Origin: Oopsacas minuta
Taxonomy: Eukaryota; Animalia; Porifera
Reading direction: 5' to 3'
Length of the DNA: 64,000 nucleotides
NCBI GenBank assembly: GCA_024704765.1
Contig: JAKMXF010000308.1
Location: forward strand, 124,001-188,000
Below, in pieces: positions 47,430 through 57,702 of the stretch (positions are counted from its first letter, which is position 1; the number at the start of each line of letters is the position of its first letter). Under the pieces are notes generated by a model, which saw only the letters and a program-made list of their open reading frames with translations, ran no database searches and had not been told where the DNA came from. A program made the translations under genes and the position numbers.

Positions 47430-49577
47430 TCACTTACGACCCTTGTATCCTGATTTCTTAGTGGGAGGAGGTCTACGGTTGTAAGTATAACTCTTAGTCC
47501 TCCTATACTGCTCATATATGTCTGACGATCTTAATTCTAGTCCCACCCCAGCATACTTGTCATCAATCAACTCAGAATCATCTGCCCGAGTAGACTGATG
47601 GAATGAGTAGGAAGAGAAACCTAGTTCTCTACCCATCCCATCTTTATCAGGTTTTCTCTCTCGAGTAGGATAAGCATCAGAAGTTGTATCAGTTATATCT
47701 TTGATTGGAGAATCGGGAGGAGATCCGGTGTAGGAAGAATGAGAAGACTCTTGACTGAGAGAGGATGGAGTATGACTTCTAGAACCGCTAGGAGAGTTCC
47801 CACTGCTGTGAGAAGATTCTGTATAATTCTTATCTTTCTCGTTACCAGGAGCAAATCTCTGAAATCCTTCCACCCCTCCTGTTACCCCTATACGCTCGAA
47901 AGGACTCTTACCTAATATTGCCATACGCTTAGCCTCAAAGAAGTCTATGAGTGCTTTAGCTTCCCAGCCCTTCTTGTTTCTGGGATTTTCCTCTGTGGGT
48001 GGAGAATAGAAATTGTCTACAGCGTTGAGAAGTCGCTGACTAGGCTGTTGAGGTGGAGGCAATCGTATCAGTGAAGGGTCAAGGGGCGTATAACTATGTT
48101 CTGCTAAGGGTACCAATGGGGCCATTAATCCAGCTGGGAGATCATAATATTGAATATTAAATGTATCACCAGTCTCTGGGGGAGGTGCTTCCATGTCCTG
48201 CTCAAAATGCGAAGGAGGAGGAGTGTCAGCCTGGAATGGCATTGGAAATCTTTCAGAATATGCTGGGGCGTGTGATGGAGGTGGAGCATGGTGGGGGTGA
48301 GAGAAGCGGTGGGGATCCCTGGGACCAGGACACATCTGCTCGGGCTCCTGATGAATATACGGGTAGTCATTAGCTTCTAGGTTTAGGTCAGAATATCTGC
48401 TATCTCCCGGGTGAGGCGGTCTCTCAAATCTATTAGGATGTTCATACCTCTCGATCTCGGGAGGACCAGGGGGTCTGAGATGAGGTCCGGGGTTGTACTG
48501 GTCATGAGGATTGAATGGGAAAGGAGGTCTATGTGACCAGGACTGCATCCCCTCAATTGGATGGTTGGGATGTCTCTGCATTTCATATCCGGGATGCATG
48601 GGAGGAGGGGGACGGAACCTAGGCTGCTGAGAGAAGTAATTAAACTGATTTGGATTTCCAAATCCCTGCTGAGGCATGAGGTGTCTCTCAGGTCCATCTC
48701 CCCCGGAGGGATAAGGAGGAGCGGGGGGTCCAGGAGAAGGCATGATATTATGAGGTGGAGGATGTTGATGCATAGGAGGACGCTGAATATTAATAAGAGA
48801 GGGGTCTGTTGGTTGAGGGGGAGGGAATGGATTCATAGGGAGAGAGTGCTGCTGAGAAGGCTCTTTATCAGATGCTACGGGTATGTTAGCTAGCTCTGAT
48901 TCTCTTTGAGCTAAAATAAAGTCAAGAGAGACGAGTATTCCTTCTTCAAAGTAGTTCTGACTTCTCCAAATCTTAACCAGCTTTGTTAGCTTTTTAAGAT
49001 TATCAGGAGTAGCTCCTTTAGAACAGTTACTGAACATATGCGGGATCTGTTGCTGTAGAGCACGACGGAGGTTTTGGTTATTCTTCCTAATGCAATGGTG
49101 CAGTACGTCATTGATTAAATACACAACGTGTAGTCTGTTATAGAAATTCATCCCTGGTAAACATTTGGTTTTACCTAGCAGTAATTGAGAAACTCGGATA
49201 CACTCGTCTTGAGTTTGGAAGTGTGATAAAATCCAAGATTTTCCAGCAGAAATGGAATCTTTGGTGCATTGAGCAATGACTGGTTTTATTACCTGTTCAA
49301 ATTCATTCACGAGTGGATCTTGAGGCTGTTGAGGAGATATTTGTTCTAAAGAAGATTCCTGATCAGATCTTTGAGGCATACGAGCCTCATTCAATTTCTG
49401 TTGGTAGTATTGATAGTTCAAACCACCAAATAGGAAACTGAATTGAGGATTTCCTTTGTGTTTCTCCTTAGTTAAATTCTCAAATTCTAATCCATTCTTA
49501 GCTACGAACTTAGCAAACCCATCAATTAGGGTTCTGACGTCAGTATCCTCAGGCTGCCTTTGTAGGTTTACGTCCAT
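47430..49577 (-). CDS. CHERP: Calcium homeostasis ER protein (CHERP/SCAF6), intronless, about 715 aa
   Basis: SURP domain (FAKFVAKNGLEFE..NPQFSFL), CID (CTKDSISAGKSWI, RLHVVYLINDVLHH), Pro-rich middle, YYDLPAGLMAPLV, tail DIYEQYRRTKSY. Start moved from the track's GTG to ATG 49577. Confidence 0.93.
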   Translation of the reverse strand: MDVNLQRQPEDTDVRTLIDGFAKFVAKNGLEFENLTKEKHKGNPQFSFLFGGLNYQYYQQKLNEARMPQRSDQESSLEQISPQQPQDPLVNEFEQVIKPVIAQCTKDSISAGKSWILSHFQTQDECIRVSQLLLGKTKCLPGMNFYNRLHVVYLINDVLHHCIRKNNQNLRRALQQQIPHMFSNCSKGATPDNLKKLTKLVKIWRSQNYFEEGILVSLDFILAQRESELANIPVASDKEPSQQHSLPMNPFPPPQPTDPSLINIQRPPMHQHPPPHNIMPSPGPPAPPYPSGGDGPERHLMPQQGFGNPNQFNYFSQQPRFRPPPPMHPGYEMQRHPNHPIEGMQSWSHRPPFPFNPHDQYNPGPHLRPPGPPEIERYEHPNRFERPPHPGDSRYSDLNLEANDYPYIHQEPEQMCPGPRDPHRFSHPHHAPPPSHAPAYSERFPMPFQADTPPPSHFEQDMEAPPPETGDTFNIQYYDLPAGLMAPLVPLAEHSYTPLDPSLIRLPPPQQPSQRLLNAVDNFYSPPTEENPRNKKGWEAKALIDFFEAKRMAILGKSPFERIGVTGGVEGFQRFAPGNEKDKNYTESSHSSGNSPSGSRSHTPSSLSQESSHSSYTGSPPDSPIKDITDTTSDAYPTRERKPDKDGMGRELGFSSYSFHQSTRADDSELIDDKYAGVGLELRSSDIYEQYRRTKSYTYNRRPPPTKKSGYKGRK

Positions 49578-50836
49578 AAAGTTTGGGATACTATAATTGA
49601 GGAAGAATAAATCATACACAGTTGATTAGAGATAAAATGTGCATACGTTTGATGCTATTCTATGAAAAGGTCAAACAAATATAATGGCCGTTAAATGACT
49701 CTTTAGCGAAAATTGGCCTCAAAAATTGAGCTAATCCATGGCACAACAACGTCAAAACCGGAAAGAGACATTGGCACTACATGCATGGGCTAGCTTTCTT
49801 CGCTAATCGATCGAAAGAACGTCCATACTAATCTAAAACTAGATACAAGACAGTGGTGCAGTCCGTGTAAATAAAATTTCGTATCGATTAACAGTTTCCT
49901 ATTTGAATAGATGTTTTCAGATTAATAACTAGCCATAGAACCTAGTAACTTTAACTGTACGGATACGTTATTGTTGGTACCTGGGTAGCCAATCAGTATT
50001 ATTAGCCTCCTTAGCCATTAGAGCTCAAGAGTCCTTATAATTTATTCCTGGTGAAACAAAGATATAGAAAATTCAATGTACACCAAATACGTAGTTCAAT
50101 ATTCGGTAAGGCAGCTATTCATGAATACTGATATTCGGTTCGGTCAGTTTCAACCAATGATTTATGAATTATTCTAATACAGTAGACTCCTGTTAATGCT
50201 AATAGGAACACTGGATTTTCTACAAGGCGGAATGTCTCTAATATTACAATACAATACCTGTGTAATGCCCAGAATATATCGCTATAGTGGAATATACCTG
50301 GGTAATGGGGCGTAACTAGAGATCGCAGAGAAAGGAGTCAAGAATGAATAATTGGCTCAAAATGATGGCGAATACAATAGGGAGATAAGGCAGCAACCGA
50401 AAAAGTAGTCGCCTACTCTGCCTCAATGCTAGTTACGCCCTAGCCCCTATTGGACTAGCTCAGAATATATACCACTACCCCAGTAGATGACACTGTAACA
50501 ACAATCAGAACTATAACATAGCGAATCCAACAAAATGTGATCCCAGTAACACAATAACCCTGTTAAAGACATTCGCACACACTCCAGGTAGCATTCACGT
50601 TAAAAGAAATCTATGTATGAAATATCAGCCTATACAACCCTAATAGCCAATAACATCAGGGGTCTATTCTGAGCTGCTTCACGGGGTAATAATTTCGGTT
50701 AATCAGGCCACTTCACACTAGACAATAGTGGTCTGATAACTCCGATTAGCTGACTGTAATTCATGATTCATGAATCTATAAACTCAGATAAAGCATGAAT
50801 TACTGATAAAGCTAATAACAAAGTATAACATTAACT

Positions 50837-51475
50837 TCATTTGACAACAATAACAAGACTGTGTATTAGCTCTTTCATATTTTCCCTCTTTTCCTTTACA
50901 TAACCTGGAGTAATGACCTTATCAATTGATCTATTTTCTGTACCAAGAAGAGATCTTGAGAGATAGTCGGTAAAAGAAATAACATATACTCCACAGTCAT
51001 AGCAGTTAGCTTGTTGAGGACATGCCACATGTATAATGATACTATCTGGACAAGCGAATATATGTTTAAAGCTATTTACAATTAATTCAGCACTAGCAGC
51101 ATTTGATTTATCAAAAGAGTCGAAATGAGAGAATTTCTTGTTACCTCGATCAAAGAAGAGAAGACTCCAATGAGATCCCCCTGAGTCCTCAGCGCTGTGG
51201 TTGTTATTAACCGCGATGAAAGCAAAATCTGCATAACTCAAGTTCAGTCCCTCTAGTATTATAATGAGGTCATCATAACTCATAAATTTTGCCATCTGAG
51301 AAGTAGAAGGATTTATGAAACAAACTCTAGAATTGAATTTGTTAATAATTGTTCTTTCCAAATATTCAAAGTAGAAAGCAATAAGATTATCATTAAGCCA
51401 GTATCCTTTCTCTAGGAGTAGCAAGTCAGACTGTCTCAGCAGGCTGTTATGATAATTCAATACTATTTCAGACAT
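50837..51475 (-). CDS. SENP8: NEDD8-specific protease (SENP8/DEN1)
   Basis: WLNDNLIAFYFEY, GGSHWSLL (His), HFDS (Asp), QQANCYDCGVYV (Cys). Confidence 0.95.
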   Translation of the reverse strand: MSEIVLNYHNSLLRQSDLLLLEKGYWLNDNLIAFYFEYLERTIINKFNSRVCFINPSTSQMAKFMSYDDLIIILEGLNLSYADFAFIAVNNNHSAEDSGGSHWSLLFFDRGNKKFSHFDSFDKSNAASAELIVNSFKHIFACPDSIIIHVACPQQANCYDCGVYVISFTDYLSRSLLGTENRSIDKVITPGYVKEKRENMKELIHSLVIVVK

Positions 51476-52175
51476 CTAACAGATTATCACTAAATAACCG
51501 TAGAACTGTATAATTAAAGCATCAGTACATGCACGCTATTACTGGATGGTCAGGGATGCTGAGGGAGAGGCCCTGTTATGACAAGATGGCCCCCTATAGC
51601 TATATGATTATCAAATAATTAACCATGAATTGTGGATTTGTATATCTGCTTGAATGTTGTTATAAGATTGATTCCATGGGTATAGGTTAATACTCATTGA
51701 GAGGCATCGAATATATAAAAGAATGTTAGCACTCCCTCTTAGCCTCACAAAAATTATTAGGTGAAGTTGTTATCACACAATGCACCAATGGTAGCTATAT
51801 CACTGCTCTGAACATGCTGTTATATGTTGGTTATAATCCTAACACATCTTTAAAATGTTTGTACAAAGTGAGAAAAGAACAATCCCTAATTGTCCTCCCG
51901 ACTAGTCTATCTCTAGGTTCAATACTAAAAAATTACATAATTAATTAAGGTTTGACAATACAAATATTAGCATATGAAATTATGTTGACAGAGATCGTAA
52001 GTACGTATGTCATGTTTTGACATAATTTTATCATTCGATAGTACTCAACTGGCCCCAAGGTTCCATCTCTTCCAAATACGTAAAGCATTTTTGAGATTAG
52101 TAGCCAACTAAAATGGAGAAATCCCTGACCACTATAGCTTCTACCACCTCTGATAGTCATTTATGTATAAGTATA

Positions 52176-53285
52176 TTAGTCAAAGCAAGCAGCAAGAATA
52201 TTCCTATCAAAAGAGAAGTTAGTAAGGAGAATAGATGAGAATGATATTTGTGAGAATAAGCTATATTCAGTGATAGTAGTGGAAACAGGTGATTTCACTG
52301 AATTTGGGTCTGGTTTGGGTCTGCCATTAGCAAAACGGCGCTCAGGTAAAGAGAAAGAAGTTGTCTCTAGAGGCTCGAGGAAAGCTGACTGGGAAGGAGA
52401 GAATCTAGGCTGTATTTTCTGTTTGTCAATCTGTGAGTAGAATGGAGGAGTTATGTGGTGCTTAATATCTGAGCATGAATGCTGTGTGTCTGTAGGATTA
52501 GAGTGCTTTGGAGTAAGAGAGTTAGAATGTACTACGATAGGTCTATTTATACTATTATTGAGATAGTCTACCCATTCTAACAATTCCTTCATGAGAGGTA
52601 CTATCTTAAAGAACAAGTGAGGAGATAAATTAATGTTTCTCTTAGAACGTTGATCATTTCTGTATCGAGGGAGATCATCAATGTAGAACCAAGTTACACT
52701 TCTAATCTCATTACGAGTTTGTGGTTGAAAAGCTGTTGCTTCTGAAATACCCGCTATCATATAATGTCGGTTGTATCTATCGAAAATAATATGCTCAATG
52801 TAAGCAGACGGGTCTAAATGAGGTGTAATATCAAATCCTGTCTCTTCTTGAACTTCACGAATCGCACAGCCAGTGAACTCTTCTCCTGGCAACTGTTTTC
52901 CTTTCGGGAATTCCCATGTACTCGGTAAGTTATAGTTCTGTACAAGCAAGCATTTAGTATAATCCTTATTGAGGAGAATAGCCCCGACAGTGTGACAGGA
53001 TAATTTATACTGGTTGAATGTAGTGCAGATTTTTGTCATGGATTTACCGTTAGGTAGGCTAGCGAATACGCGAGGATAGAGTCTGTTCAGGATTTCCACG
53101 AATGTTGGCATGTTTAGTTTAGGGAGGGCTGGATTGTCCTCAACACAGAAGTCTAGATAGTACCAGTAAGCTAATTCTATCTGGAACATCAACTGAATCT
53201 CATCTTCAGCTATATTATCTGACAAATTGTTCAGGAACCTGGTACAGAGATCATCAGTAATCTCTCTTGGTATTTGTTCTGACAT
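52176..53285 (-). CDS. DCP2: mRNA decapping enzyme DCP2
   Basis: Box A (DLCTRFL..FQIELAYWYYLDF), intact Nudix box GKQLPGEEFTGCAIREVQEETGF, FQPQTRNEI, C-terminal Phe-rich motif FSFDRNILAACF. Confidence 0.95.
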   Translation of the reverse strand: MSEQIPREITDDLCTRFLNNLSDNIAEDEIQLMFQIELAYWYYLDFCVEDNPALPKLNMPTFVEILNRLYPRVFASLPNGKSMTKICTTFNQYKLSCHTVGAILLNKDYTKCLLVQNYNLPSTWEFPKGKQLPGEEFTGCAIREVQEETGFDITPHLDPSAYIEHIIFDRYNRHYMIAGISEATAFQPQTRNEIRSVTWFYIDDLPRYRNDQRSKRNINLSPHLFFKIVPLMKELLEWVDYLNNSINRPIVVHSNSLTPKHSNPTDTQHSCSDIKHHITPPFYSQIDKQKIQPRFSPSQSAFLEPLETTSFSLPERRFANGRPKPDPNSVKSPVSTTITEYSLFSQISFSSILLTNFSFDRNILAACFD

Positions 53286-53390
53286 TGCTTTGATTGATTG
53301 TAATTTTTGGATGAATTACTTATCTTGAATTAGCTAAATATATATTATTAAAAAATAGTTTCTAAAATTGATTTTCATGAAACAATCCTA

Positions 53391-53412
53391 ATATATATAT
53401 ATATATATATAT
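53391..53412. repeat. (AT)11 microsatellite
   Basis: Seen directly upstream of DCP2. Confidence 0.9.
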
Positions 53413-55582
53413 GGTGGCTAGGTTTTACGAATCCAAATCAATTTCCTGATTCTAGTAGTAGATAACAAAATATAGTTATACTGTCAGTTCTACGTACGTG
53501 AACAAATCTAATTTCTATCTTTGTCTTTAACATCCACATTGCTGAAGAGCATAGATCTATATGATAATCTCCTTCATGTTGCCTATAATATTTCCAGCTG
53601 TGTATAGTTGATATTGCATGTGTAATCTGCAAGAACTTGCGTATTGCATGAACAGCGAACATGTTGTTTGATATATGTTTTGCTGTAACTCATACATCCG
53701 CTGCTGTAAGATTTCCCATCTATTCTTAAGTAGTCGAGGCTTGAATACACTCCAGTTTAAACTTTGAACTATATCTTATTAGTTATATCAGTAGATGCCG
53801 AATATAAGAACACCGATATAAGAATTTGCTGGTATAGGAAATTGCCAGTTATAATAACCCTAGATCGATATAGCGAATCTTTACGTTTTCCCCATTGAAT
53901 TTTTGCCGATTCCCAAGATGTTCTTATTAGACTATTAGAGCTATACCCGATGTCCGGTTTGGGCCGGACATGAAACGATACCTGAAAGATTTGAATTAAG
54001 AACGGCAGATAAATTAGAACACGGAGTATAACGTGCTTGTTTGATGATCTTGCTTGTACACACTTTATTTCATACTGTACATAAATATTTTTTAGCTTAA
54101 TTTCATATGCATTTTCCTATAGTTCCTCCCGCCCAGTTTAGCTGGCATATTCCATTATCGCATTCCACATCGTTGCAACAAATGTATTTATGTCATTTAA
54201 GCTTCTGGATCGTTGAATTCTGTTTTTCCTGGGATTCCTATGTTGCAACCTAGGTTCCTAGTTAGAAATCTGTAAAAATTCGATTTCGGACATTTCTCCC
54301 AAAATCAATCTAGACATTTTTGTCCATAATATAAGCAAATATAAGAATTTCGCTCAATCTTCAATTTGGGACTCCATTTCAATTCTATTAGCATAAGAGA
54401 TTGTTTTGGACAGTAGAAATCGGTTAGTAGGTACTTTGCTCCAAAATGAACCTCCAATTCTTGTATTAATTAATTGTATACGAAGAATATTCGGATAAGA
54501 CGTACATTTCAGTTAGTACGTACTAATTTTGTTCCCCTGAAGGGGTACATCTTTTTGTCCGAGTTCTACTGTAGGTGATTAGTTAATTAATATACAAATT
54601 GACATTACTTCATACACTATCACACTCACCTCCTCCACCGCCACTGCCGCTTCGGTCGCCTGCTCTGTTTCCGTAACCACTTATGTTGTCATGCCCAAGG
54701 CCAACTAACAAATATGCTTTGAATTTCTTTTAGGATGGGCTCTCTGGCACCTGTTTGAGGTTTGTGAGTACTCGGAGGGCCTGTTAAATTTCTTTTCTTA
54801 AAAACGGATTATCAATTATTGTACTAATTGTATAGGAACTAGGAATAAATTTCGGATAAGAAGTACTTCGGTTAATACGTAATAATTTTGTTTCCCGAGG
54901 GGGAACATCTTATCCGAGTTCTATAATAGTCCTCAAATTCCTCCTGTAGCACCTTCTCAACCTCCTCAGAACATCACAACTTACTCCAACAATGCTACTG
55001 CTATTTCTGTAGTATACTATCCTCCTTCTAGCTCCTACATGTAAAATACAGATTCTGCGTTCTTTGGTTATCCCGTCTACCAAATTTGAATGTTGTATAA
55101 TCCAAGGTACTTAATATGAATTTCGAAGCAGCAATTCAAGTGGCAAGTAGTGCTGAGGGCATGCCTGCTAACTGTCCGGCCTTTCCAGACATGTGTTGAG
55201 GCTAACGTCCTGCTGAAACTTGCCGAAACCACATTTTTTGTATTCCAACCTAATGTATGCTACACCCCGCGATGTAAATTTATATCTCTGTTCTGCAATT
55301 TTCTTCACGCAGGTTGGCAAGTATGCGAGGAGGATCTAACACTCAAAGCGCACTAATAAATAATTATATAAAAAGATGAGTAAAAAGTATACAAATATGA
55401 TATTCAAGTAAATAATAGTACAAATAAATATACATCCGAACTTTACAAATTTACAAGAAGCCATAGTAGGGTATGCCAAAACTAATATTATTTTACATTC
55501 TGTCACTAATATAAAAATAAAAATATAATACACAGTTTACACAGATAGGTAACAGCAGGGCTAATATTAGGAAACCTCACGC

Positions 55583-56647
55583 CTAATTTAAACCGATACA
55601 CAATTCTTCTTTCTTAGTTATCGCATAATCGTTGGGAAAAGGATTAACCTTCATTCCTACCAGGATCTCTCTAACTCGAATGAGCTCACATTTAGCGAAT
55701 CGATATTCTTTCATTAAGTTAAGATACAATTTAGCATCATAACAATGTTGTTCGTGTATTTTCTTTTCGATATTCCCTTCTTTAACAGAATCATATGCAG
55801 CAATGGCAGCAGTAATTATCCGGACAATTCTCCACAACCGGAGAATAATAATAAGCTCAAAGAGGATAAGAAATTCATTCTCTTCGAAGACCAAATGTAC
55901 AACATCGACCATGAGGGAGAGTGTGATAATCACTGCATCAAAAACTTCAAAGAAGTGAATAAAAAACCTAAAACCAAAAGCAAAAATCTTGATTAGAATT
56001 TCAATGAAAAATATAGAGAGTATACAAATACTTGTGATGCTTAGAATCCTGCTTACATCGGGTGTAGCCTCACTTTCTGGTATACATTGATGTGTTAGTC
56101 CTACAAAACCACATATTATGTGCTCAGAAGAATTCGTGGATGTATTTGTATTGTTACAAATAATCTTTTCGCATTCCTCATCTTCTTTACAATGAGCCAA
56201 TTGACGTGTTTCGATGGTAAGTTCAAGTACTACAATCAACACATCTATCACTACTAACAGGGATACAATGATGTGAAAAATTAAGCTATGAAGTATTTTC
56301 TGTAATTTCAATCTGAAGAATCCGAATTGAATACAACACTGATAGTCGTATTGCTTTTGTGCACATTGGCAGTATTTCCATTCATTTTTCAGTTGTTTAA
56401 TGCGAGGATCGACATTTTGTGTTTGAAAAAATCCAGCATTTCCTCCTTCAGGTGTAAGAGGTGTATGATCTAAATTGTGAGTATCAGACTTATTTAGAAG
56501 GGATTGAAATTCCTCAACACTAGCAAAGTCAGAGACAAGTTTGTTTGTATCAATGTCGAGACGATTGTCTGTTCTGACGGATCTGAAATAAACTTTCCTT
56601 TCCTCGCATATATCTTGGAGATGAGAATTGGACATTGATATACTCAT
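55583..56647 (-). CDS. HVCN1: Voltage-gated proton channel Hv1-like protein, intronless
   Basis: Stand-alone four-helix voltage sensor with no pore domain. S1 Asp (VIDVLIVVLEL), S2 FFIEILIKI, S3 EVFDAVII, S4 signature RLWRIVRI (RxWRxxR), helical C-terminus. Confidence 0.88.
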   Translation of the reverse strand: MSISMSNSHLQDICEERKVYFRSVRTDNRLDIDTNKLVSDFASVEEFQSLLNKSDTHNLDHTPLTPEGGNAGFFQTQNVDPRIKQLKNEWKYCQCAQKQYDYQCCIQFGFFRLKLQKILHSLIFHIIVSLLVVIDVLIVVLELTIETRQLAHCKEDEECEKIICNNTNTSTNSSEHIICGFVGLTHQCIPESEATPDVSRILSITSICILSIFFIEILIKIFAFGFRFFIHFFEVFDAVIITLSLMVDVVHLVFEENEFLILFELIIILRLWRIVRIITAAIAAYDSVKEGNIEKKIHEQHCYDAKLYLNLMKEYRFAKCELIRVREILVGMKVNPFPNDYAITKKEELCIGLN

Positions 56648-56678
56648 ACTTGTAAAAAGTAATTAATGTTAAAAGGGC

Positions 56679-57600
56679 GTCCTAATTCACGGAACGAGAC
56701 GGACAAGTTTTCTTAAAGAAATTTGTCGTTCGGATCATATTTGACCTTGTAAATCACAGAATATTCCTTCATAACGGTTGTCAAACAATTGTTTTGACTT
56801 TTCACGTTTGTGGTACAGTGCAGCCTCTATAAATGGGGTCCCTATAGATGGCGAAACTCTTAAGCGGGCAATTTTGGTCCACCTCCATTCATTTCCATAG
56901 AGAAGAAACTCTATAAGCGGGGAGTGGGGAATTCTACGCGATAAATTTTCTTGGATAATCAATTTTTGTGCTAAATTTGGAATAAAAAAAGTATTTATCG
57001 CTATGATGAGTTGAAATTTTTGGGTTTCTCAGAAGAAAATTTCTTACAAATTAGTATATTCAATCAACAACCTTAGGATACATTATTTATCAAATATCGT
57101 TGAAATAACAGTCGTTGGAGGAAGTGGCTAAAAATATTCTAAGGCTAAAGGACATTTACAATTGAAATTATAAATGGGGAGTGGAATGGGAGTTAGCAAG
57201 AAATTCGCCGGCCCGACCTCCCCCACTTATAGAGGTTCTACTGTAATCATAATCAATATTGGAGCGAAATCGATAAAATATCTAAAAATACCCATGAACA
57301 ACTTTTCATCATTCTGATCGCAAATATTTTATGAACCACCTTTCGACTAGATAACTACCTCCCTCTAGCCAAGAAAAGGAGATCGAAATTAGAGAGGGAA
57401 AGTTTCTAGGCAGAATTTTACCAATATTGTATAAATTGATGCAAATATGACAAATTGATTACAATCGACGTGAATGTCATAACAAATGCTTGACAAATGC
57501 TGTTTCTACACAATTCTGAGATTTTCAGGGTCAAATATGTGTCAAGCGACAAACTTGAAATTTCTACAAGAAAAACTAGTCCTTTCCGTGAATTACGGAC
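56679..57600. mobile_element. Non-coding element with long (about 85 bp) imperfect TIRs, family unresolved
   Basis: Left gtcctaattcacggaa..gttttctt..gaaatt..tgtcg..catatttgacc.tg.aaatc matches the reverse complement of the right end. No TSD found. Confidence 0.7.
56816..57243. mobile_element. 428-bp pogo/Tigger-like non-autonomous element nested in the long-TIR element
   Basis: TIRs cagtgcagcctctataaatgggg / cagtagaacctctataagtgggg (19/23), TA on both sides. Confidence 0.8.
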
Positions 57601-57702
57601 TAGTTATAAAAATCGATCGAAAACATCAAGTTTATTGTATAAGCAGTATTAAACACGTTATTTGATATATTTATGTTTATAAAATTTGTTAGTAGTGGTA
57701 AC

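Noticed and set aside
50179-50790. Composite inverted repeats between CHERP and SENP8 (gggcgtaactag/ctagttacgccc; agctcagaata/tattctgagct)
   Set aside because: Probably overlapping decayed hAT and pogo-like MITEs; boundaries and TSDs could not be resolved.
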